DNA of 64,000 bases, taken from a virus. A program made the position numbers and the translations under genes. The notes under the pieces are model-generated. The model ran no database searches and was not told the DNA's origin. It was given only the letters and a program-made list of their open reading frames with translations. Below, in pieces: positions 55,169 through 64,000 of the stretch (within the stretch, counting starts at the first letter, position 1; every line of letters starts with the position of its first letter). Location: IMG/VR virus record IMGVR_UViG_3300031707_000003, positions 1-64,000 of that record. One strand, 5' to 3'.

Positions 55169-55983
55169 TGGCACGGTTTCAACCGGATACGAACCGGCTA
55201 AATCACACGATCGACCAGAAGGGCAAGGAATACAACCTCCGGCTCCTTCAACGGGCGCAGACCATCTTCACCACGCTCCTGAACTTGCTCCCGTCGAACT
55301 ACATCTCGGCGATCCAAGGTCCCAACTACACGAACGAACTGAAGGCTGTCGCGGTTGAATTGGCCCGCATTGAGCTGTCGCTTGAGGACATCAACACGGA
55401 TCGGGACTTCACCACAACCCGCTCGGACTTCCTGTACTCGATCGTTGGGTACCTCATGCTCGTCAACGGGCGGCTCCCTCCGTTGGAGTTCAATGACTCA
55501 GAATTCCGGGACTTCCTGCTCAATCTCCTTCGAATCTACTTCCAGGGCTCGATCCCAAAGTCGATGGCGGACGTGGTCAAGCTCTTCTTGACCGGTGACA
55601 TCAGGGTCACCGAAGACTTCCTCCTCGTTCGCAAGGGGGCGTCGGGTCTCGATATTTCGGACCAGTTCGTCTTCGACATCGACGTTGTGGCGCCCCCAGG
55701 TGGCGGGTTCCCTCCGAATGTCTTTGGAGCTGACTCGGCGATCCGCATGGTGCTCGACTTGACCCGGCCTGCGCACACCCTTTTCCGGATCCGCTACATT
55801 TTCAACGACCAGTACATCCCGAACGACACCCTCGGGAAAATCCTCGACGCCATGCGGTGGAACATGGGCGCGTACTATTACGACGACTTTCGGGCGTATT
55901 GGCAGGGAATCCGGAACCGGGACCGCCTTGGCCGTAAGGTGAACCAGAACGTCGGGGACGAAGACCACTCAGACGACTTCTGA
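55168..55983 (+). CDS. Baseplate wedge / tail protein I-like
   Basis: LLNLLPSNY, DSEFRDFL..YFQGS, LTRPAHTLF motifs downstream of baseplate J. Confidence 0.65.
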   Translation: MARFQPDTNRLNHTIDQKGKEYNLRLLQRAQTIFTTLLNLLPSNYISAIQGPNYTNELKAVAVELARIELSLEDINTDRDFTTTRSDFLYSIVGYLMLVNGRLPPLEFNDSEFRDFLLNLLRIYFQGSIPKSMADVVKLFLTGDIRVTEDFLLVRKGASGLDISDQFVFDIDVVAPPGGGFPPNVFGADSAIRMVLDLTRPAHTLFRIRYIFNDQYIPNDTLGKILDAMRWNMGAYYYDDFRAYWQGIRNRDRLGRKVNQNVGDEDHSDDF

Positions 55984-56012
55984 ATCCTTTCATGCGTCCT
56001 CGGAAGAGGAGG
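55983..56012 (+). promoter_or_regulatory. AATCCTTTCAT motif plus GNRA hairpin over the RBS of 56019
   Basis: TCCTC-GGAA-GAGGA (55997-56010) covers GAGGAGG. Confidence 0.45.
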
Positions 56013-56018
56013 GTCTGC

Positions 56019-56537
56019 ATGCACATCCTGGAGACGGTTCCCAACGTCCGCGCTAAGGTTCGGATCCGCCAAGAGCGCCCTTACGAGTACGACGAGGCTC
56101 GGGGCCTCTGGTTGTACCGCCACGTGGACGAGGATGAGGAGGTTTTCAACATCCTCACGAACACGGGCCGGGTCCAACTCCACAACTTCGCCTACGGCAC
56201 CGTCGCTCGTGCGAACGGTTTCAACTACATCGGTCTGTCGAACGACGCGACGCCACCTGCTGCTGCGGACGCCTCTCTTCTGGCGGAGCTGACCAGCAAC
56301 GGGCTCGGTCGGGCTCAGGGTACAGTGACACTACCCACGGGCGCGGGAAATCAGACGAGCATCCTGCACTTGTTCACGTACACGGGCGGAGCACCCCAGG
56401 GCGTTCAGAAGTGCGCCCTTTTCGACTCGGCAGGTCCGCCGATCAGCGGCGTCATCAATCACGAGGTCCAGTTCGTCCAGAGAACCCTCCTCCTGAACGA
56501 CACGCTCACGGTTTCGTACACGATTACGCTGGGCTAG
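56019..56537 (+). CDS. Virion/fibre subunit related to family C
   Basis: FNILTNTGR..YIGLS..LLAEL..GLGRAQG..ALFD..NDTLTVSYTI; RBS GAGGAGG supports 56019 over 55992. Confidence 0.7.
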   Translation: MHILETVPNVRAKVRIRQERPYEYDEARGLWLYRHVDEDEEVFNILTNTGRVQLHNFAYGTVARANGFNYIGLSNDATPPAAADASLLAELTSNGLGRAQGTVTLPTGAGNQTSILHLFTYTGGAPQGVQKCALFDSAGPPISGVINHEVQFVQRTLLLNDTLTVSYTITLG

Positions 56538-56590
56538 ACCTAGGCACTGTTCAGTAGGCTCGAACTTCCTTCTATGCGCGGGGTTAGTCG

Positions 56591-57775
56591 ATGCCTGCTG
56601 CCTCCATCCAGTTCAGCCAAGGGATTCTGACGCCGGCCGCAGGGCAATCGGCGCTCGGGTTCGCGGCGAACGCTCTGGTCACGATGACCGATGCGGCAGG
56701 TCCGGGAGCGACCTCATGGTCGTGGCAGATCGTCGGCATCCCTGGGCCTCTGAGCGGGGCCCCTACGGTTAACAACCCCGCTACACAGACGGCAACCACG
56801 ACACCGACGCTCGATGGGGTCTACGTCGTCAAGCTGACGCGGACTGACCCTGGCCCGGTTGTGACGACCGATGTGCGCTTCTTCGCCATTGGGGACACCG
56901 ACTACGGGTTCGTGTTGCCTAGCGCGGGCATGACCGGGAACATGACCAACGTGCTTGGCTCAGCCGTCGCTCAGGCGGGCGGTTGGGAAGGCCGGCAGGA
57001 CGGTGGCACCAACGTCTTCGTCGATGCCATCCTCCGGTTCTTGAGGTCCCGTGCAGGGCGCTTCCTCGGGCTCCTTCAGACGATCAGCTTTGCCAGTGCT
57101 TCTCCGAGCACGGTGACCGTGACCGACGCGGTGGACAAGCCGTGGCGAACGCTCAATCTGACGGGCACAGGACTCTACACGGAGCAGATCGACAAGACGG
57201 GCTCCATCCCTACGGGCAAGCGTTTCCTCTACAAGATCAGCCTCACGGCGGGTTCGGGCGGGTTCGCGCTCCTCAATGGAATCGCGGGTTCGAGCATCAT
57301 GGCCCTCGTCGCTCCACCGAACGGAACGTTCACCTACAATGTCGAGGTAGGGTTCGACGGAACGAACTGGGTGGTCCAGAGGATTTCAGTGGCGGACCCT
57401 CTTGCTGTCCTGAAAACACGGGAGATCCCAGCCGTTTCAGGGCTTCAGTCGACGAGTCAGATCGTGGCGACACGCATCGGATCCTTCCGGCTCGATCCGT
57501 CGAAGTACCCTGTGAACGCCCAAGTCACTTTTCAGGTCGCGGTGGAGACAACCGGGCCCCAAGTGACTGCCCAACTCTTCAACCTCACGGACAGCGTCAT
57601 CGTTTCAGGTTCCGTCTTGGTGTCCGTGTCAACGCTTCCGGCATTCCTCACTTCGGGTGCACTGACGTTGCCACCAGGGCAAAAAGACTACGAGGTCCAG
57701 CTCTTCATGGCCAGCGGGGCGCCCACGGATCATGTCGAGTGTACAAGTGCGAAGGTGATTCTCACGTGGGGTTGA
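56591..57775 (+). CDS. Tail fibre-associated protein with N-terminal PKD-like domain
   Basis: TSWSWQIVGIP..PTLDGVYVVKLT; FDGTNWV motif; beta-rich C-terminus. Confidence 0.6.
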   Translation: MPAASIQFSQGILTPAAGQSALGFAANALVTMTDAAGPGATSWSWQIVGIPGPLSGAPTVNNPATQTATTTPTLDGVYVVKLTRTDPGPVVTTDVRFFAIGDTDYGFVLPSAGMTGNMTNVLGSAVAQAGGWEGRQDGGTNVFVDAILRFLRSRAGRFLGLLQTISFASASPSTVTVTDAVDKPWRTLNLTGTGLYTEQIDKTGSIPTGKRFLYKISLTAGSGGFALLNGIAGSSIMALVAPPNGTFTYNVEVGFDGTNWVVQRISVADPLAVLKTREIPAVSGLQSTSQIVATRIGSFRLDPSKYPVNAQVTFQVAVETTGPQVTAQLFNLTDSVIVSGSVLVSVSTLPAFLTSGALTLPPGQKDYEVQLFMASGAPTDHVECTSAKVILTWG

Positions 57776-57807
57776 CATAGTTCCCTACGCCTAAAAGGAA
57801 GAAATAG

Positions 57808-58797
57808 ATGGCGTTCACATTTGACACCAACAGCATTCCGGCAACCGGCGCAGTATGCCTCTTCAAGCTGCGCACGGCTCTCGTGACGGCGGGCTGGACG
57901 CAGGTGGACAGCGGCGACGGTCTTGCCCTTCACAGTGCAGGGGCGGTCACGAGCGGCGCATCCGGTGCAAGCGGGCTGGGCAACAGTACCGCCTGGTTCG
58001 TCGTCCGCGACCCAAACAGTGTTCGCTCATTCTGCTGGCAGCGAGGCTCCACCAACCTCGTCTGGCGGACGAAGTATTCTGCTAGCGCGGGGTTCACGGG
58101 AGGCTCTCCGACCGCGACGCAGGTTCCGAGCGCCACAGACGAGGTCGTGCTCAACGGAGGCGGCACCGACGCGGCGCCGACGTTCCAGACCCTCTTCGGA
58201 ACGGACGGGACCCTTCGCTTCAACTGTGTCGCCGGAGACACGACCGTGGGCTACGCGTTCTACTGGGACGCCTTCACCTCGGGGCTTCCGAGCGGGACGC
58301 ACTACGGGATGCACCTGGAGGTCATGGCCGCAGGCTCCTTCCCGGCCGCCGACACAGACCCGGCCGTCGTCTACCTGGTCGCCCAGGGGAACGGAGGCGC
58401 TGGTACCACCGCGCCCTGGGGCTTCGACCTCATCCTGAACGAGTATGCCCGCGCGTTCCTGAGCAACACCCATACGACTGGGAACTGGGTGCAGGTCGTG
58501 GCCATGCCGTACATGGACAGGAGCCTCAACGCGTACAAGATCCCCGCCATCTCGGCGGGCGACGGGGTCGCCCCGAACCCGTTCTCGGCAAAGGATGACG
58601 GGTTCCCCATCCCCTGGGCTCGTACGGTCGGGAAGTCCGCGCCGATCGGGTGGAAGGGCTTTGGCAGCTTCCTCAGGTGGTCAGGCACGAACCGCACCAA
58701 CTACGACACGATCAGCAACACGGGAGTGAACTCCCGCGACAAAATCTGGATGAACGGCGTGCTTCTTCCGTGGGACGGCAGCGTCCCGCTGACCTGA
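57808..58797 (+). CDS. Beta-rich virion protein (possible receptor-binding/decoration)
   Basis: LRTALVTAGWTQVDSGDG N-terminal motif; Gly/Thr/Trp rich; RBS AAGGA. Confidence 0.65.
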   Translation: MAFTFDTNSIPATGAVCLFKLRTALVTAGWTQVDSGDGLALHSAGAVTSGASGASGLGNSTAWFVVRDPNSVRSFCWQRGSTNLVWRTKYSASAGFTGGSPTATQVPSATDEVVLNGGGTDAAPTFQTLFGTDGTLRFNCVAGDTTVGYAFYWDAFTSGLPSGTHYGMHLEVMAAGSFPAADTDPAVVYLVAQGNGGAGTTAPWGFDLILNEYARAFLSNTHTTGNWVQVVAMPYMDRSLNAYKIPAISAGDGVAPNPFSAKDDGFPIPWARTVGKSAPIGWKGFGSFLRWSGTNRTNYDTISNTGVNSRDKIWMNGVLLPWDGSVPLT

Positions 58798-58805
58798 GCT
58801 AACCC

Positions 58806-59129
58806 ATGGCTGACTTCGACGGAGAACTGCTTACCGCCCCCAATCTCCTTGAGGGGAACCAGGATGTCGACGGCGATCTGCGCACAGCTCCGAGCCTCAT
58901 TGAAGGTAACCAAGATACCGGTGGGGAGATATTCTCATCAGGCGGGGGTGCTCCTGTTCTCCACTTCAAGCTCAGGGCGCGTGATTCCGCGTGCATCATC
59001 ACCAACCCCAACAGGTACGTCGAGTGGACGACCACCTCGACCCCGCTCACAGTGGCTAGCTACATAGGGGCACTTCCGTGTGGAGGACCGCTGGTCGAGC
59101 TGACTGTCTTGAGCATCCTCACGTCCTGA
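58806..59129 (+). CDS. Small protein with 17-aa tandem repeat
   Basis: DFDGELLTAPNLLEGNQ / DVDGDLRTAPSLIEGNQ / DTGGEI. Confidence 0.65.
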   Translation: MADFDGELLTAPNLLEGNQDVDGDLRTAPSLIEGNQDTGGEIFSSGGGAPVLHFKLRARDSACIITNPNRYVEWTTTSTPLTVASYIGALPCGGPLVELTVLSILTS

Positions 59130-59144
59130 GCACCTAAGCGTGAG

Positions 59145-59170
59145 TTTTCCTATCAGATGCAGATGAGGAA
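59145..59170 (+). promoter_or_regulatory. TTTTCCTATC motif forming a hairpin over the RBS of 59179
   Basis: TTCCTATC (59147-59154) pairs with GATGAGGAA (59162-59170), one bulged G. Confidence 0.5.
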
Positions 59171-59178
59171 CAGAGCGG

Positions 59179-62100
59179 ATGGCGGTCATTATTCGAGGCG
59201 GTACTTACGGCACTGGAACGTACGGAACAACTCCGTTCGGTTCTCGCGCGTTTGACAGCCCCGGCCCTACCCTCGTTTCGAGCATCCCGGTCAACGGGGC
59301 TGGTGCCGTTGTGGTCGGGGCCCCGATCACGATCAACATCACTTCACCTGTCGAACTGGATCCCTGGTCCCTTTCCGTCACGGTACAGGGTCAGCAGGCT
59401 GTCGTAGGCGGTGACTTCGTTCCAGGGGGGGCCTTCGACGGCACGATCATCTTCGACGGCCCCGACCTACAAATTCTGATTGCCACGCATCCTGCCTTCC
59501 TGACAGGGGCGGTCGCCGTGGACACGCAGGTCACGGACCTCGCTGGAATTACGAACACGCTGTCGTTCGTGTTCATGACCTCGTTCTTCGAGACCGTGGC
59601 CGTCTCCGAAATCGTGGCCGTCACACACGCAACGGCAGTTGCACTCAACGAGTCTGTCCCGGTTTTGGAGGGACTAGCCGTTAGCCTCGGGACAGCCGTT
59701 AGCCTTGCTGAGACCGTGCCGCTCACCGAGGTCGTCTCGGCAGGCACACTGATCATCGTTTCGTCCGAAGACACTCTCTCCGTTACCCTTCCCCTCGAAG
59801 TCTTGGTGGACGGGGTTGTCGACTTCTCTAATTACACGATCGCCCCCCTTCTCGCTTCGGATGACCCACCTGGCAATAGCGCTTTCCCTGTTTCTATCCG
59901 GGAGATCACCCCCCTTCAGGCATTCGAACAGTCGGGGAGTGCTGCGACTGTCAATTCGTCGTTCGTTCTCACAATCGCCGATGGCACCTTCCTCCCTGGC
60001 AACGTCGGCGACTACCTCTTCTTGAGCAGCCCGCTCAACACGACGCCTTTCTTGCAGATCACTGCCATCTTGGGTCCCACTCAAGTCCAGGTCAACAAGC
60101 CGCTCATCATTACGGATCCCCAAAATGGCAGCATCCCCTGGACCTTGAAGTCCAGCGTGCAGGGGATGCTCGTCAAGATCACCAAGCCAACGAACGGCGG
60201 TATCTATCGGTTCGCGGTTCGCAATCTCCGCTTGGCGCACCAATCGAACGCGATCTTCAACATCCGGGACTTCTTCGTCGCAGTTTCGTCGAAGCCTCAA
60301 GTTGAAGGTGTTGTGGTCCAAGATGACGGCCAGATCACCGTCCACTTCTCGGATTTGATGCTCTCCGACGGTGCGCTGACGGACCCACGCGAGTACTCGA
60401 TCACGGGTCCCACCACGGTGCAGATCGTATCGGCAGCATCATCCGGGGTCAGTCCCGACGGAACCACCGAAATCCTTCTGACGACAACCGGCCTTGGGCC
60501 AGGGTCCTACCAGCTCACCGTGAATGCTACGGGTACCCCGCACGACGCTGCGGGCAACCCGATCGACCCCACGTTCAATCAGACCGTGTTCCTGGGCGCC
60601 TCCCCCATCTCTTCGCGCAGCATCTACACGGATAAGGGGCCCATCGTCAAACCCCCTCTCATCTTGCTGTCCGGGGCGACCGCGACCATCAACGACGCCA
60701 TCACCGTCACGTTGCCAACCGCATCCCTTACCGGGACCATGGTGGGGCTTCAGCTCGTGCTCACGGGCTCTTCGACGAACGGTGGGACCTTCCTCATCAA
60801 AGCCGTTCTTTCCCCGACCAAGGCTAGGGTCATCGCCAGCTTCCACCTGCCGGATCCCTCCAACGGGACCATCAGTTGGAAGGTTGTGGCCCCACGCGAC
60901 GGGGAGATTGCGGACGACCCTACCGATGTCGTTGTGCGTATCAACGGTGTTCCAGTGGCCGCCCAGGCCGTCGCAGGCCTCCTCGGTCAGATCGTCATGT
61001 CGACGCCGCCGGTCCACGGGTCCGAGGTCAGAGTCGATTACAACTGGGTCTGCAATCCGGTCGTTGACTTCCGGCGGATGAACTCGAAGGAGTTTCGGTT
61101 CAACAACTGGAACCGGGACAACGGGAGACCGAACGACACAAGCCGACACAAGTATCGGTTCAACAACACGCTCGTCAAACCGAGTTCGTTCGTCCCGCTC
61201 GACATGCGGGCTCTCCTTGACCAGCCTCTCCTCCGCGACCTGAAGTACAGGGCCTATGAGCGGGCGTACACGCCGACCCTCAACGACCCCAATCTTCTGC
61301 TCTTCAACTCCCCCACCAACCACATCGCCTTCCCTCCTCTATCTCGTCCGACCGACGCCGTTTTCATCAACTACCAGGCGACGGTCCTACCTGAACTCGA
61401 ACCCACGAACCCTTGGGTTCGCTATGGAACAGGTTCGGCAACGATCAACATCGACGAACTGATCGTCCAAGACACGTCCACGGGGCCATTCCCTACTGGC
61501 AACCCGATCTTCTGGACACGGCCGATCGACCTCACCTTCCCGCATGTCTTCGCTGCCGCATGGCGTATGACGCTCAACGCGGCTCCGCTCACCGAAGGGG
61601 TCTTTACGGGAGTCGCTGCGGGCTACTCGACCGATCAGAAGGCTATCGTTGTAGGTTACATTGTCGATGCTGGGGTCAAGAAGATCGGCTTCCTAAAGGC
61701 CGGCTCCGGTAATGATCCGAGCACCTTGGCGGCCTGGGGTGGTGGTCTGGATGGCTTGGGGAATCCGACGGGACTCCCTGCGGCCCTCGATTGGTCGACG
61801 CTCCATAGCTACCGCATTTCCCGAGATAGGGATGGCAACGTTAGGGTCTTCCTCGACGGGAGTGTTGTCGAGATTCTTCGCATGACCGAAGCGGAGCTTC
61901 CCTTCCTAGCGGAGCTGAATGATCCGTTCAATGCGTTGGAGGGAGTCTTCTTCGGATCTCTCTCTCGTCCTGCGACGAGTACGTCGACGTGGAACTTCAT
62001 GCGGTACGCGATCCTACCGCTGAACCCCTTCCAGTCTTCGCCATCTGTCTTCGTGTCGTACGAGGGGACCACTCCCCCTGAAGTCGCTTCGGACCCGTGG

Positions 62101-64000
62101 ACCCCCGTAGGCTTCCACGGCACCGAGACCATCATCTCGAACGACTTCCTCCTCCTCGATTCGACAAGTGCGACGGACTTGCCCACGGAGGGCCTCGCCG
62201 GCCTCATCAGCGGGGACTTTAAGGGCTTCGCACGCATCGAGCCGCTTCTTCAAATCGCTGCCGATGTCGTTCTCGACGTGAACGTTACGCTCCGAACATT
62301 CACCCACGGCATCACTCCAAATGCCGTCATGGCAGCCGTGGATGACGGGGAGCTGCTCCTTCAACTCTGCTTCTTCCCCGACCAAGCGGCCCCCAAGGTC
62401 AGTTACGGTGGTCGGTCTCTCCCCGAGGCGTTCTCACCCTATGTGTGGACCCGCCTCGGTGGCGTGGTCCCCACCATGCTTGGGCAGTATCTTCATGTCG
62501 AAGATGCGACCACGCTCGACGGGCTCGTCTACTTCATCGACGACAACAACACGCCGGCCTCGCCCAATCGCGTCGCAGCTTCGAGCAACGACTACATCCT
62601 GGAGTTCCGGGTCCAGGTCGTGTCGCATATGCCAGACGTCTCTGGCTTCTCTGGAGCGACGGCCCAAATCTACGACAGCACCAAATCCATCGGGGCGTTC
62701 CTTCGGGATGTCGCTGGGACCAAGTATGTGACCCTCCACTCGGACGGGGTTCCAGTCGTTGGCGGTCAGTTCGCGTTCAACTGGGACGATGGGAAGTTCC
62801 ACACTTACCGTCTCACCAAGAGCACCCTCGGCAACCTTGTCTCTCTTTCGATCGATGGGGCTCTCGTCGGCTCGGTGGCCTACAGCGTCTTTACCACGCC
62901 CCCCGTCTCCCCCATCGGAGTGACGTCGTTCGGATCCTCAACGCCGGCCAGCATGCAGGCGAAGTCGATCACGAATTGGGCCTACTGCAACGGTTGGCGT
63001 GTACTCCCGTCTCTCAAGCACTTCGTGGGCATCTGGAAGGGTTTCGACTCAACTTCCCTCACTGGGTACCACCTCCCGCTCAAGGTCCAAGGGCGCGGAG
63101 CTTCGGTGGCCGGTAACGGCCTCGGGGATGTCACCGTCAACTTCGTGACCTCGGGCGTGGCCATCGGTGACAAGCTCATCGTTGACGTTGGGCCAAACAA
63201 GGGCGTGTACACAGTTGCTTCGGTGGCAGCCACAACGCTCACGGTCTCAACAGTCTTTCCAGTGGCCCCCTCGGTTGTCGACTACCGCATCGCTGCTGAA
63301 ACGGATTGGACTCTCCCTCACCGCTACCGCATCGTGCGGGACCCTGGCGGCGGGGTGTCTCTCTTCCTCGATACCAACCCAACACCCCTCGTTCGGCTGG
63401 GGTACAACGGCGTCGACCTACCTTCGAGCCTCGTAGGGACCCCGCGCGTGATCGCAGGCGGGCTCCCGTCGATCGTTTGGGGGGCTTTCGATCCGACGAA
63501 TCTATCGCAGACCTCGTGGGACTTCGTACGCTACGGGATCACGCGATCGGTTTCGGAGCAGGGTATCGTCCCCCACCACCAAGTGCTGAACCAGCGGAAC
63601 GTGATGCAGAGCTACGAGCATCACACCACAAACATCCCGCACCCCCACACGGACTTCTGGAGTGAGTCGGAAGGCATCTCGCCGCAGACAGACCCGGACT
63701 TCCTCAGGAACACGGGGCTCACGGCATACACGCTCCTGAACGAAGGGACGCCACTCGTTCCGTTGACCCAGACCTATGAGGTCCGCCGGCCGACCCCCGT
63801 GTATGTATCTGCGTCGTCGTTCAACAACCCCGAGGATCTCCTGAACGATCAGAGCTTCTTGCTGAACACATCCGAACGGTTCATCAAGCTCCTCGTCCCA
63901 GACGATGTCCTCTACAATTGCCTCCAGGTCATCGAGCGGGACACCGGCGAGACGAGCCTCATCGCACCCTTCGATGATGAGTGCGAACCTCACGACATGT
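59179..64000 (+). CDS. Giant tail fibre/adhesin-like protein (>1600 aa, 3'-truncated; missing from ORF track)
   Basis: Frame 1 reads open from ATG 59179 (MAVIIRGGTYGTGTYGTTPFGS) to the window end; Ig-like domains (PHDAAGNPI), three 20-aa ETVxVxE repeats, three ConA/LamG-like W...H.YR....G.V...DG modules. Confidence 0.85.
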   Translation, partial: MAVIIRGGTYGTGTYGTTPFGSRAFDSPGPTLVSSIPVNGAGAVVVGAPITINITSPVELDPWSLSVTVQGQQAVVGGDFVPGGAFDGTIIFDGPDLQILIATHPAFLTGAVAVDTQVTDLAGITNTLSFVFMTSFFETVAVSEIVAVTHATAVALNESVPVLEGLAVSLGTAVSLAETVPLTEVVSAGTLIIVSSEDTLSVTLPLEVLVDGVVDFSNYTIAPLLASDDPPGNSAFPVSIREITPLQAFEQSGSAATVNSSFVLTIADGTFLPGNVGDYLFLSSPLNTTPFLQITAILGPTQVQVNKPLIITDPQNGSIPWTLKSSVQGMLVKITKPTNGGIYRFAVRNLRLAHQSNAIFNIRDFFVAVSSKPQVEGVVVQDDGQITVHFSDLMLSDGALTDPREYSITGPTTVQIVSAASSGVSPDGTTEILLTTTGLGPGSYQLTVNATGTPHDAAGNPIDPTFNQTVFLGASPISSRSIYTDKGPIVKPPLILLSGATATINDAITVTLPTASLTGTMVGLQLVLTGSSTNGGTFLIKAVLSPTKARVIASFHLPDPSNGTISWKVVAPRDGEIADDPTDVVVRINGVPVAAQAVAGLLGQIVMSTPPVHGSEVRVDYNWVCNPVVDFRRMNSKEFRFNNWNRDNGRPNDTSRHKYRFNNTLVKPSSFVPLDMRALLDQPLLRDLKYRAYERAYTPTLNDPNLLLFNSPTNHIAFPPLSRPTDAVFINYQATVLPELEPTNPWVRYGTGSATINIDELIVQDTSTGPFPTGNPIFWTRPIDLTFPHVFAAAWRMTLNAAPLTEGVFTGVAAGYSTDQKAIVVGYIVDAGVKKIGFLKAGSGNDPSTLAAWGGGLDGLGNPTGLPAALDWSTLHSYRISRDRDGNVRVFLDGSVVEILRMTEAELPFLAELNDPFNALEGVFFGSLSRPATSTSTWNFMRYAILPLNPFQSSPSVFVSYEGTTPPEVASDPWTPVGFHGTETIISNDFLLLDSTSATDLPTEGLAGLISGDFKGFARIEPLLQIAADVVLDVNVTLRTFTHGITPNAVMAAVDDGELLLQLCFFPDQAAPKVSYGGRSLPEAFSPYVWTRLGGVVPTMLGQYLHVEDATTLDGLVYFIDDNNTPASPNRVAASSNDYILEFRVQVVSHMPDVSGFSGATAQIYDSTKSIGAFLRDVAGTKYVTLHSDGVPVVGGQFAFNWDDGKFHTYRLTKSTLGNLVSLSIDGALVGSVAYSVFTTPPVSPIGVTSFGSSTPASMQAKSITNWAYCNGWRVLPSLKHFVGIWKGFDSTSLTGYHLPLKVQGRGASVAGNGLGDVTVNFVTSGVAIGDKLIVDVGPNKGVYTVASVAATTLTVSTVFPVAPSVVDYRIAAETDWTLPHRYRIVRDPGGGVSLFLDTNPTPLVRLGYNGVDLPSSLVGTPRVIAGGLPSIVWGAFDPTNLSQTSWDFVRYGITRSVSEQGIVPHHQVLNQRNVMQSYEHHTTNIPHPHTDFWSESEGISPQTDPDFLRNTGLTAYTLLNEGTPLVPLTQTYEVRRPTPVYVSASSFNNPEDLLNDQSFLLNTSERFIKLLVPDDVLYNCLQVIERDTGETSLIAPFDDECEPHDM

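Larger units (their letters stand above)
1..64000 (+). mobile_element. Jumbo myovirus-like phage genome segment: virion morphogenesis (fibre, neck, tail, baseplate) region
   Basis: All credible ORFs are on +, with overlapping or near-abutting stops/starts; canonical sheath-tube-chaperones-tape measure-hub-spike-gp25-baseplate J order; endonuclease VII-like gene; no host housekeeping genes. Confidence 0.9.

Noticed and set aside
18405-55983. Extracellular contractile injection system, tailocin or T6SS interpretation
   Set aside because: No Afp15-like AAA ATPase or membrane complex seen; neck-like genes, endonuclease VII, tape measure and overall scale fit a phage better, although capsid and terminase lie outside the window so it is not formally excluded
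58140-58797. Apparent GC-richer segment suggesting a swapped module
   Set aside because: Impression by eye only; needs a sliding-window GC3 calculation
59391-63993. Short ORFs listed in the last 4.8 kb
   Set aside because: All overlap the single open frame starting at 59179
1-64000. Stop-codon reassignment
   Set aside because: Very long ORFs are intact in the standard code, and TAA, TAG and TGA all end genes followed by plausible starts

Overview
A single-strand (+), densely packed, GC-rich block of about 55 genes that reads as the virion morphogenesis region of a very large contractile-tailed (jumbo myovirus-like) phage. No capsid, portal, terminase, integrase, tRNA, rRNA or CRISPR array is visible in this window. 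Gene order: 5'-truncated endonuclease VII-like gene; a cluster of small beta-rich subunits and ~20-aa-repeat proteins (388-8819); neck/head-tail joining candidates mixed with small RVARRF-motif proteins, a Dps/ferritin-like protein and an actin-family ATPase (8822-18249); a 1431-aa sheath, an HTH gene and a DHH-like gene, tube, two chaperone-like genes and a tape measure (18405-31864); tube initiators (one carrying a lytic transglycosylase), hub, spike, wedge, gp25-like and baseplate J-like genes (31868-55983); then fibre/receptor-binding genes, ending in a >1600-aa ORF (59179 to window end) absent from the ORF track. The best novel-system candidate is a modular fibre kit: several families of small subunits encoded beside scaffold proteins that each carry their own ~20-aa repeat, one ending in a domain paralogous to the putative neck protein. 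Also notable are the phage actin homologue, RBS-occluding hairpins overlapping a recurrent pyrimidine-rich promoter-like motif, and shared structured leaders. Product calls rest on motifs and synteny read by eye; no database search was run.
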